A DNA stretch of 64,000 nucleotides from contig OZ286476.1 of NCBI GenBank assembly GCA_965644265.1, positions 6,882,001-6,946,000 on the forward strand, written 5' to 3'. The translations under genes and the position numbers were made by a program. Position 1 is the stretch's first letter; each line of letters starts with the position of its first letter. The DNA comes from Glycera tridactyla. Its lineage: Eukaryota. Positions 13,958 to 26,200 of this stretch are shown here, piece after piece. Below the pieces are notes generated by a model. It was given only the letters and a program-made list of their open reading frames with translations, was not told where the DNA came from and searched no databases.

Positions 13958-15029
13958 GGGACCATTGATAGACCACATTTGGTGACATTTATGGTGGTCA
14001 CACATCTTTCACAGGTTTCATATTGAATTATAATACTTCACCTACTTACCAGCCGACTAGAATATGCCAACTTTAGTTGCCAGTGTTGGGTCAGCTAGCT
14101 TGCCAGCCTCCACATTTCATTCGCTCATCTCAGCATCACCCATTTCTTGAAAGTTCATATTTAGATGGGTAAGTTCTACCATAGAGCAAGATATCTTGCT
14201 TCATGGTTCTACATATTGTGGACATCCTTGAACAGCTTTACAGGTGTATATTATTTCTAGAGATGCTGGATGGTTAGTGAGTGGCATGGTCAGTGCGGAA
14301 GGGAGTCAGTGATGTTTATCTAGGTATGTCAACCGGGCATGTAACCGGGTGAGAAGTGGCTGGGTCAGTGTAAGCCTGGGTTTCCCTGTGGCGGCGCCCT
14401 GGTGGGATTATTTCCTCAAAGTACCCCATTTCATATGCACTTCATATGAGCCTGAATGAATCTGACTATGTAAGTGGCGGAGGAAATAAGAAAACTAAGA
14501 CAAATTCAAATTTGTAAATACAGTATTTTTATTTTCATGGAGAATATACTTCAGTTTTATAAATCAGCATTAAAAATTATCATTACACCCATGGTCACAT
14601 ATTATACACAGACATGTTAAAGTGTTATCTATTTAAAGCCCAGCTTTGTGAAAAGCGTCTGTAGCTACTATTCAAATTATGTCTGCCCTTGTAAAACTGG
14701 CCGTTAATAGTCCTCCCCATTCAATCCACAGTCACACCAACAATTTCTTTGAGACATACCATAATTTCCCGCACACCCATTGTGCTTCTGTATCATGATA
14801 CACACATATATATTTATATATATATATATTTTTTGTAGACGTGGCGACGCGTCCGCTGCACGAATCTCAGACAATTGTTGGTGAATCACCGCATCTAGTT
14901 CTACAAGAGATTGACATTTTTTCCCCTGCAACCTTCATTTCAACGCAGAAACCAAATTATGATGGCAGCACAAAGATCAGGGTGATGTATCCCGTACAGG
15001 TACGGGTGTGAAGACAGGTACACGTAGAT

Positions 15030-15260
15030 TGATCGATTGATTGATTGAGGTTTGATGGCATGTATCAACCCAGAGGATTATGCATACCGTGTGTTACTGG
15101 TTAATGAGAGCTTGATGTTCACTCCCATTCTGACATCACTCTCACAAACCCTGAACAAAGGATGATGACAATGACCCTGAAAGATTGTCAAATGGAAGTA
15201 GCTGACAGTTCAGACACACCTCTACCTCTTTAGCATGAACATATTGAACCAATTGATCAG
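15030..15260 (-). mobile_element. SINE-like repeat copy with a (CAAT)n tail
   Basis: Match to 2776-2990. Confidence 0.75.
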
Positions 15261-18200
15261 GTACAGGTCTACACTCAGGTAGCGGACACATGACAAACGA
15301 TAAAAACCACCAACAGGGACAACACAAACACTCGGACAAACATACAGACAAACATACAACACACAGATGGTTTTACAAATGAGAAAAAATTGTGATTCCT
15401 GTCAAGTGACATGACATGGACGCAACACCCCCTCTGCCTGATATAAGTTTTTCATATTGAAATACGAAGTACTGGCAAACCTTGACATTTCATAACCTTT
15501 CCCCAATGTATCCAAAAAAAGGACAAATTCATGTCGTGTTGGTACTTCATTGTACCAGCGCCTGTAGTGAAACTTCCTTGCCATATAAATTCTTCATTTT
15601 TGCTGCAAATTGACAAACGTGATTGCCATTCAGCAAGATTGACAGGACGAATGTCTGAGTGCACTTATGCTACACTTCTCTCTGTCAAAATCCACAACTG
15701 AACGTACAATAACCTGGATGAGCCGTGCTCATCCATGAAACTAATTCATTCATAAATGATAAAGTGTAACCATAGCAACCAATATGCCAGCCTATCTGAC
15801 AGTCAAGTATGAACATAAAAATCCTAGCAGTTAGCTTTGAAAGACAGCATGTCCTATACCAGACCAAAGACAATGTTTAGTGCTTTGATAACAGAACAGG
15901 GAAAGAGAGATTCCCAAAAGATACAGATGAATGAAGAACATTAAGTACATTTGTAGAGGACTACTCAATGTGTTAAAACCCACATAGTTTCCCCATGTTT
16001 TAACCCCGTACATTCTACCTACAGGTGATACGACCAGGTCCGTCTTCTGACAGCAGCTGATTGATTGATTTATTTGTTTGAGGTTTAATGGCATGTATTA
16101 ATCCAGAGAACTACATGTATGTATGCCATGTGTTTCTGATCTTTGAAAAATAATGTTCTGTCCCCTGCAAGCATCACTCTCATAAACCCTGAACATGAGA
16201 TGATGGGGGAATCCCAAAGTTGTCGAGTGGGAGATTAAGATTTTTGAGAGTGTTTGATGTTTAACAGCACGTGTCAACCCAAAGGATCATGTATGCCATG
16301 TGTTCCTGGTCAATGAAAGCTACATTTGTCTTGTGTAGTAACTGACAGTTCACAGCAAACTGTGTAAAGAACGGAACCTGGTATTTCTCTATTACCTGAG
16401 AACAGAATGAAGGGTTAAAACAAGAATGATATGTTAACCCACTACTGACCATGATGCCACCAACTGCTGAAACACATTCACCCTTTCTTTCGATATAACC
16501 AAACTATAGGACATTCCAAAATGCAGTGATTGGTTGTTTGACTGATTTTGTTCTATACCTCATGAGCACATTATCATTGCCTTAGAAAATGACACTCTCT
16601 GAAAATATTGTACAATGAATCAGTGTTTTTGCCAAGGAAGACTGTGTCATTTTCACTGTTCATTTATTATCGTTAAATTCTTTATACAGGCACAACACAC
16701 AAAAATCAGTAAATGACCCGGGATCGGGTGTTGCCCCGTGGAACAATATTAAAATGCCCATGCAATGGGTCGCGGTGGGATCATTCAAAGATTCCTCCCT
16801 CCAGGTCCCTAACGGAGGGTGAAGATTTATGAAATTCACAGACACTCAAGGTGTCAAGATTGACTTTTGATGGCCGTGAAATGACCAGTTGAGTCAATAG
16901 TGTATCCTTGGTGACTCCTGGCACAACAAGCAATATGAAACTCAAGAGCAATTCGATCAAGGTCTATTATTAATTTCTGCGGCTATTGGCCAATATTGTG
17001 ATGATTCCCTAGGCTGCATCGACAAAACCCACTTCCACAAGTTTCAGAATTCAGTTGATGGCATGATGACCGGTAAGAACCAAGTAAAATAGAATATACA
17101 CCAACTCATACATCCAGAAAGATCAAAAACAAAAATCAAAATAACAAAATCTTCCTTCGTCTACTCGAAAGAAACAAAAAATCAGGCGTAAGACTGATCT
17201 TACGACATCTCGAAAACAAGTGCACAACGAAACAGGAAAGGACATATAGGGTGCGAAAACGTTAAACATCTAATAAACAAGAGTAAGAGAGATGTCATCT
17301 TTTGGGATCGGAAGGTTTCAAATTCCATGTCAAAAATGGCACTTATGACCAGTTCACCAACCAACAACAAGCGCAACTTCCATACAATTGTATTTGTAAC
17401 ATTTTAGAGACATCCTAACAAATAATGACTGAATTTCTATGGTCGCTATGGAACCTCATAAAAACCATGGTAACTGGGAGCATATGCTTGACTCTGGAGC
17501 CACGACAAAAAGTAGCTGATGGGGCTAATTTCAATAAATTATGAAGGAACTTCTGAATTGCTTGTTGGTGAAGGTTGGTGAAACAGGCCTGGTCCCAGCT
17601 CCTGACGTCATACACCTCATCCCAATCCCTGAAGTCACGGGGTTGATTCCGATTCCTGACATCATTGTGCACATACAGAGAACAGAAGGAAGAGACTAGT
17701 GGTTTGACCACAATTTGTGCAGTTTGGTAAATATTTTTACATTCTGCTTAACATGGACACGTTTAAAGAATGCAGGCTTAGGCTGGGCTGGAACACAATC
17801 ACGTCTGTTAGAACGGGTAAAACCGCAAATATCGTGAAAGCTATAGTACTTCCCAATTCATTATTCCACAATAATCTCCAAGCAACTATCCCACTAGTCT
17901 CTACACTCGAAACTGAAGTGAATGTTTCAGGTTGCTATGGTTACAAGAAACCACAACAACGAGGAGCACTGGCTTCAGTGTGGAGTGTGAGTGATAGTGG
18001 AACAGACACAAGGACACAATACAAGGCATTTTAAGATACATACAGAACAGAAAGTAGATTTGCATACACCATACTGGCCCCAGGGTTAGTCCACCAAGCA
18101 AGTCCGGTCAGTCATCAGCAAAGTATATCGTATACTTGCTTTTAATATTGTTGTTGTTGTTGTTATTGTTGTTGCATATGGCGGAGAGTGTAATAGTTAC

Positions 18201-20776
18201 ATGTATATACACCTTGAGGACACAATGATGAGACCTGGTAGTGTTTTAGTGAGACAATTATACACCAGTAATTCTGTACACTGTACATACTGAGAGGGGA
18301 AGGCACATGATCGCCCAGTGTATTGTGACCCGTGCATAATGTATACAAGTTGGAATTCTCCCGAAGTTCACTCACATATTCATCTCATTCTGCCAAGAGA
18401 GATATGCACTGAACATGGCGAATTCCAAACTCTAATTATCTAAGAAATTGAGCACATCTCGACATCCATGATGTTTAACACTGCTGTTACATCATGACGT
18501 CATCGGAACGTCATACGATCAGCAGTGATGTCACAAGATCATACGCTGCCAGAAACACGTGTCATTTGCTGAAGTGAAATCTAAATCATTACATGGTCAA
18601 TAATTTGCCAGGAGTCAAAGTATATCATCAGCAGACACTGCACCAACCATCAATTAGTCATATTTTGCCGTCACATATGTTACGCATCATGCGACGTCAC
18701 TGTAACGCTCATGAAACAAATTTAGACGATTTGAATGACTTATTTAGAAATATATAATTGTGACATAAATGCACTCCTGCAATGGTGAATCCGGCTACAA
18801 GTTTGGTTTGGTTAAGACTGAGGTTTGGAGGCATGTATCAATCTAGAGGATTATGTATGCCATGTGTTCCTAGTCGTTGAAAGCGAGATGCTCTCACACA
18901 TACAGGCCTCACTCTCACATACCCTGAACACACTGAATCACCAGCATATTCTCTGTTCTATCTCCATTGATTGCAGCCTGATTTAGATCAGCTAAAACCA
19001 GAATACTAAGCATACACTTCAATTTCTTCTCCTGTGTACAGCTATCTGTCGTCCTCCTTCTACACATGTAAATCTGTGTTTACGCAGAACATTCTCATCC
19101 CTGAAATCCTCAACATACACAGCTCTCTAAACATTCTGCGTATCAAAATTACTGAGACATTTGCAACATTGAACAAAATCACAAATTTCATACAGTATTG
19201 GGATCCACTGCTCCCAAAATATGAATCACACGCAAAACATAAAGAGTACTATAACAGAATTTTGTGACGTTTCAATGCAAGGTTGCATCCAGGATTCTAC
19301 CTCTCTAAAATTTGAGAAAATGGAGCATTTCTTCACAAAATTTCCCCAAATGGGTTCACTGGAAAGGGGTCAGTGAAACCTTGTTATTGATTGCGGAGGC
19401 TTCATGGCCCCTGATTGTCTCGAAGAGGGGTCCATGCTGGATATAGTCAAACCTGCTTGAGAGATCACCTGTCTACAAAGGTCCGAAGCTGCAACCATAA
19501 CAGTATTTCAAACAAACCCCTCCACAACAGCCACCTGCTTTAAAAGACCACTGTTCAGTGTGACCAAGTGTGACCCCTGTAGACAGGTTTGACTCCTCCT
19601 GATGCATTCTTGTAAGATATCCACGCATGACTGGAATCATGTTAATCCATTATTTTTCAATACCTGGATACGACTAATTAAACCTGCAGCGACTTGTAAA
19701 CTGCGGGATTTCACAAGCCTCATTCTGGTTAGCGTGAATCAACAGAGTGCAATGTACGAAAAAAGACCGCAGCTCAACGAGACATCGAGAAAATCCAGCC
19801 AGATATGCCAGTCAAAAGTTAGTGAGAATATGGCTGCAAATATTTGCACATATGTCATTATTTGATTCCCATGTGAACACATCCACATCTGCATTATTCT
19901 GAGACAAATGTATCGCAGAACATATTCATCATGCAAATATCCCTAACCATACAGAAAATATGCCTCTCATGTACAACATAATCTTAGATACAAAACCCAA
20001 ACTTCACAAATATTCTGTAAAAAATTGATATATCACCTATTGAGTGCATTCAATTCAGGATCATTCAATATATACAAAAATTATTTGCGATATCGAACAT
20101 GCTTACCTTGAGTATATAAATAAACCAGATGAATGAATGTCTGAAATCAATATCGGCTGCGTAATTAATGGAACTAATCCATACGTCAATTTAATCAAAC
20201 TAAACATACATGAATGTCAGAATGCAAAATTAGGAGGTAAAAAATGTCAAATTTATGGTGAAGCTTCACAATAAATTAAAATCTTAAATGAGACATATTG
20301 ATCGGAGTGTAGGTGGATATGTCTTCCTGAAAGTCCAAGATACAGGAGAGGAAATTACAGTTGATCAATGTCACACCCGCCCCAATATACTGACAGCTGG
20401 TAGCTCAAGTAACAATCAGAATTAAGAATGTGTGGTTGCAAACGTTCACAGGCTACAGCTGAGCTGATGAATCAAGTGTAAAACAAAATTCCATGATTAA
20501 TACATTTTTTGGTGCTACCAAAGTTGCAACAAAATATTCAAGAAGCATGGAAAATTGCAGCCCATTAGCTGCTACTTATGTGCATTTGTTATTTCATCAT
20601 GAGTTTGAATCAAGATTATTGAATTGAATTGAATTGAGAATATCTGTGACTCCTTCTTAGGAAGCCTGAGGAGATGAAAATTCATGGAATTCACAGTTAC
20701 CCAAGGCACTAGTGAGAATATCTGTGATCTCAATCAGCTGAATGACGCCACAAAAATGTGGTTGGGGAACCCTGCA

Positions 20777-20950
20777 ATGAATGTCTTATGCCAGAACCCC
20801 ACGATGAATATTTATGCCGGAACCCCATGATGAATGTTTATGCCGGAACCCCACGATGAATATTTATGCCGGAACCCCACGATGGATATTTATGCCGGAA
20901 CCCCACAATGAAAATTTATGCCGGAACCCCGCGATGAATATTTATGCCAG
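20777..20950. repeat. Minisatellite, 27-bp unit x~6.4
   Basis: atgaatatttatgccggaaccccacg-like units with period 27. Confidence 0.93.
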
Positions 20951-21360
20951 GATTTAGTCATGATTCGATCTAGGCCACCCTCCTGCATAATTGGGCACAT
21001 CTTCATCAAGAATTCAACAAGATATGTCAAAGATAAGTTGTACATATGTACACAAAGCACTGATTTCTACCAGTCTTTCTTGTGAACATGTCAAAGGTCA
21101 TCTCATTTTCCACGTACATATATACAACTAGATTACCCAGCACTGCTTGCATACAATCAGAGTTACCCCAGGCACTAACCACCTCCTGACCGCTGGCCGT
21201 ACCACATACAGCTTCCACTGATTCAGGGTTGCATCCAGAATTTCCAGAAATGGTCCACATGCAAGCCGTGAATTGCAAGATGATGCATTTCATGTCAACG
21301 ACATTCAAGTGGAACACATCTTTCTAATCTCTACATCAGCGCATACATTCCTCCACGACG

Positions 21361-21508
21361 ACCTCAGCATCAGATACAAGGTGACCTTGACCTCAGCTTC
21401 AGCTACAAGGTGACCTTGACCTCAGGTTCAGCTACAAGGTAATCTTGACCTCAGCACCAGTTACCAGGTGGCCTTGACCTCAGCACAAGTTACCAGGTGG
21501 CCTTGACC
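21361..21508. repeat. Minisatellite, 29-bp unit x5
   Basis: acctcagc...tacaaggtgaccttg with period 29. Confidence 0.9.
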
Positions 21509-23117
21509 ACAACATTTTCGCCAGGATGCCTTTCAGCAGAAATCAAAAGAATCAAAGACACAACTTACAAGTTCATGTACATTTCTAGGGCCTCTGATAA
21601 GTTTCAATAACGAGAAAATCAGCTGCAGCCAGAAACCAACAAGAGTAGCCAGAAGTTGAGTGTCAGAGAGGAATTTTGAAGGAGATAAGCATGAGAGATC
21701 ATTTATTTCATCATGTATAATAGGCTGCAAAAAACGGCCCGAGATCTCATTCAAACGCACTGAAACAGTTTTGTACACTAAATATTCACCATGCTAGTGT
21801 GGGAATAGACATGAAACAAACATGATTCAAAGGTTAAAAAACACATGTATCTGGAATATCATCTCTGAGAATCCATAGCTGCGGGATAAACTCATCATAG
21901 CCTACGTGGTGAGACTGTCGGGTGATTTCTCAAGGTCACGGCCAGAAGCAATGGATGAGCTCCAGACAGGAAGTTCCGAGTCATTGTGTGTTGCATGCTG
22001 AGAATCGTGTGGCGTCGGTGAAAACTGACAACTTCTGTTCCAGCGAACACGACGTGAGAATAACCTTGACAAAGCAGCAATGTCATGTGTTGGCGATACA
22101 TCTGACCAGCACCAATAAGGACCACATCCGGGTTTAAAGAAACCCGACGACAAGAAGGTCGATATCATCCTGTAAAACAGCTAATGGAGCAGAGGGCACA
22201 TGGGAAGATTTGAGCATCAAAGCATCACAAAAGTGGCAAGTTGGCAGATTAATGTCACTTTTGTGCTGTTTTTGTACTATTCCACCATTTTTGAAGTGTT
22301 CCAGCAGATATTCCACAAGTTATGTGGTGTCCTAGCAAACATATCACCAGTTTTGTGGTCTTCTGGCGACCATCCTGTTGATTTTGTGGTTTTCTGCCAT
22401 CCATCGCTCTCCGTACATCTTCCGCTCCACCTCCTGCCCGTCACGTGACTGTTCCGCAGAATGGTATCGACGACACAAGGACTAAATGAGACAAGCGCTA
22501 ATCCTGCTAGCAACTGTCCTTCAATTTACAAAGGTCGTGACATTTTCCTCAAGGTCATAGCTGTCCAGCTGGGTCATGATATCTTTTTAGCCTCAGCGTG
22601 ACTGGAAGTTTGTTCAGTCCGTTGGATATCAATGTTATGACACCCTGTAGGGGTCCAAAGTTTCAGATATCGCTGCCGAGCATAGCCATTTTTGTAACCC
22701 AGATGATGGAAGCATCATTGACTGGATAATTGGCTAACCATTGTGTGAGAGCACAGTATGTTACAATATAAACATTAATATTTACACTGAGAAAAAGTCA
22801 TATAAACTAGACTGACAGAAACCACTGCAGTCAAACCATATACTCTCAAGTGTAGTTGAATCTCCAGTGGATACTCATTCATACTACCATAGTACGTAAT
22901 CATGAGTATTTCAGCACAATCTGAGCGGATTTTGGGATTTTAAAATGGCAGGAATACAAGAAATCTCTTGGATACTTGTAGCCTCAAGTGTTGATGATAA
23001 TGTTTAACTGGAGAAATGCACACAGCCATCTCACACTGACCGAGTACAAAGAAGTATCTGAAAGACCAACTGAGTCCAGACAGAATAACACTGAGGAAAA
23101 TGTCATATAATCTGAGC

Positions 23118-23294
23118 TTATTTTCCAAATGGAAATTTCTTTTTCTTGGCTTGTGAGGCCACGGCTTGTTTTTCCAGTTTATCACGAGCCTTCTGCTGCT
23201 TTTCTTGTAGCTTTTTCTCACGTTCAATCTCGACACGCATGTCTTTCAACCGCCGTTTTATCGAGTCCCGGTCCCGACTCTGCACACCCATCGA
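23118..23294 (-). CDS. PPP1R9A: Neurabin last coding exon ([58 protein letters not shown])
   Basis: attacag|TCG to TAA, 177 nt; SAM helix 5 followed by a charged tail, as in neurabin-1. Confidence 0.93.
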   Translation of the reverse strand, partial: SMGVQSRDRDSIKRRLKDMRVEIEREKKLQEKQQKARDKLEKQAVASQAKKKKFPFGK

Positions 23295-26200
23295 CTGTAA
23301 TAAAAGCAGAACGATCTATAAATAGCTATTTTTAAAGAAGATCTATAAATAACTATTTTTACAGATGATCTATAAATAACTATTTTTACAACTCCTGTTA
23401 TACCAAAAGGATTAAGCAAAATGTTTGGGAATTTGGTTCAGTCATCTCAAAATACTCCCAGTATCTGATGCGAATCTACCAGCCGGATTACAGCAACTTC
23501 ACAACTTCAATTTTTAATCCAACTTTCATAATGCAGAAAATGACCATGACTGTTTATTCAACAGTAAACAACCTCTCTGAAATGGCCTACCTGTCTACAA
23601 AGACCACTTTTGATGTGACTGAGGGTGATTTTTCTCGATTGGTTCAACCATACATAACTGGCAGGCAGCTGACACTCAACCCTGATAAGAAATGCCTGGA
23701 GTACTTGGCACGAGTAACTGAACTCAAACAAACAGGAGAGAAGGCCAAAATAATCTACCTGTCCATGCAGCAGGTTTTTTCAATCTACCAACCCCTCTCA
23801 TTGCATTTAATTCAATTTTACACCTGTTGACTAGGTAGACAAATTTGGAATCTACCTGTCCACTTCTGCGTTGGCGCTAGCCATTAGCCAATCACCTAGG
23901 GGCTAAAGCTTTTCCCATCTGGCTAAATAAATTGACAAGTCTTTAGCCAAACTGGCTAAAAGGAATTAGTCTAGAGCAAAGAAAGACTGGGCCTGCATCC
24001 TGAGGAGCTGCAAAACAGATTTCTTATGTCAGGAATTGGATACGCCAATTTGAAATGACAGTTATGACAAAATTAATGTCAACTTGAAATGCATTTGGCT
24101 GAATCATGAGCAATATGGCTGAAAACGATATGGCTGCTTCAACCAATTTTGCTACAGAAAATATTGTCCTAGTGCTAACGCAGCATCCTTGAAATCCACC
24201 TGTCTCAGGTAGGCAAGAGGCTTTCCCTTCTCACCCTGCTGAAAAAACAAGTAGCTGACCTTCAGTTTGTTGGAATCGAGTTGAAGCAGCGTGGGTCCGT
24301 CGACAGCGTTTGCGATGAACTGAGGTGCGTATTGGTCCATACTGAGAGCGAGCAGCCAATGACAGACCTGCTGAACCGACCAATCCTGTACCGGACTCGA
24401 CTGATACTGTGCTGCTCTCTTCATTGGCGATCCTCCCTCACGATGCGCCGGCTAGAATACAGAAAAACAAAACAAATGTTATAGCCCATGGTTCATACAG
24501 AAATCCTGAGAAAAAATTCAAGCACTTTTCAAGGACTTTTCAAGCCCCCATGCCCATGTCTCAGAAATAATTTTTCATGCATCAATCTGCTCAAAACCAT
24601 CATTAGTTCTGATTAGCACTACTATACACAAGTTGGCTCTGAGAAACTTCATTAGCTACATTGACCTACACCAATGTTTACCATCTAATAGGAGATTTGA
24701 TGGACTGCAAATCTTAACAACCTCTTTATTTCATATATATATATATACCGGTATATATACACGATTCTAGCCGTCAATATTGCAAGGTGGGGTGCCCTAG
24801 TCGTAAGATCCAACTGCTTGCGGGTCATTTTTCTGTCAACATATGACAAATCTGGGATTTTCTGGCCATATTTGTAGAGATTCAAGCACTCTGTACAGAA
24901 ATCAAGCACTTTTCCATGATTTCTCACATTTTTCAAGACAGCAATCAAATTCAGGCACTTTCAAGGACTCACAATGATTTTCAAGCACTTTTCAAGACTG
25001 TGCGAACCATGACAGCCGTTAGCCACTACCTCGCTTGATATATCCTGAGCTTCCCTTGGGATCCTTTTCATTATGCTTCCATGAGAACTTTGAATTAGGA
25101 AGTTGACTTTTCCAGTTACAGTCCTTCTTGGATTCCATCACCAATACAGCATGCTTTTCTGTGAACATGGCTATGGGGAATATTGATCACTCTTTGAATT
25201 GCTATCATGAACGCTGTAAGATTTGCCAATGCTTCAACAAACACCCATCACTCCTAGTAAGGAAATGACTTCAAAGGATTTTTTCACTATTGTTTTTCTT
25301 ACAGCACTCGTTTACAATTTTCTATTCAGGTTATAATCACAGTGATGTAAATGACCAACTATCAATTTCCTGAAAATTTGGGAAATGCCCTGGAAGTGAC
25401 CCAAAGGTCAACATTTGACCTAGAAGCCAGAATTCAGCACCAAAACGTTTAAATGCATGAAACCGATGATGTTTACCTCTTCCGACGTGAGTTTAGCGGA
25501 GGCGAAGTCGTAACTCTGTGCCCGACTATCAATGTCATACTCTCCGACCATTCCTCCTGAACCTACACTGCTCAAGGTCGTCACACTCTCAGCTGCGAAA
25601 TAAAACAACAAAACATGAGAAATATTGTACAAAATGATCAGCTTTCTAGTTGAAAATCTTTTAGAAACTTTGAAATAGCAGAACTGAATTCAATTGTCTT
25701 GATTCGTTGTGTCTGTCACACGCCTATTTGGGTAAAATTTCGACCAAACTATCATCAAAAGCCAAGTGTTTGCTATTTTTTCTTCTTCCTGCCCATTATT
25801 TTCTAGTTGACAAAGCCCATGCTGAGAGAAAGATGATCCTATCACCGGTAAATTACCGTACATGGTGAAAGTCTTGGCTGTGATTCCTGAGAAACCATCA
25901 AAATTTGATCAGGAAATCAGGAAGGGGTATCCATGAACCCCAGAACAGCCATGATAACCACTATATAAAGCCTGAGATTCAGTATCATCTCTACATTACC
26001 ATAGATACCGAATCGTTCACATGAGCTAAAATTCCAATAGTTGAATGAACAAATAAAGGAATATACTTATTGGAGTCATCAGAATCAACAAATGACACGC
26101 AGGAATAATGGTTCAAATGTACTTGTATTTTGATCAATGTCACCAGATACCCAAGACCATAGCAATGCGAAGTCCGCGAGCTTTGAGTAGTACATTTTGA

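Noticed and set aside
17415-17711. 98-aa minus-strand ORF with protein-like composition
   Set aside because: No supporting splice sites, recognisable domain or neighbouring exons; possibly a TE fragment.
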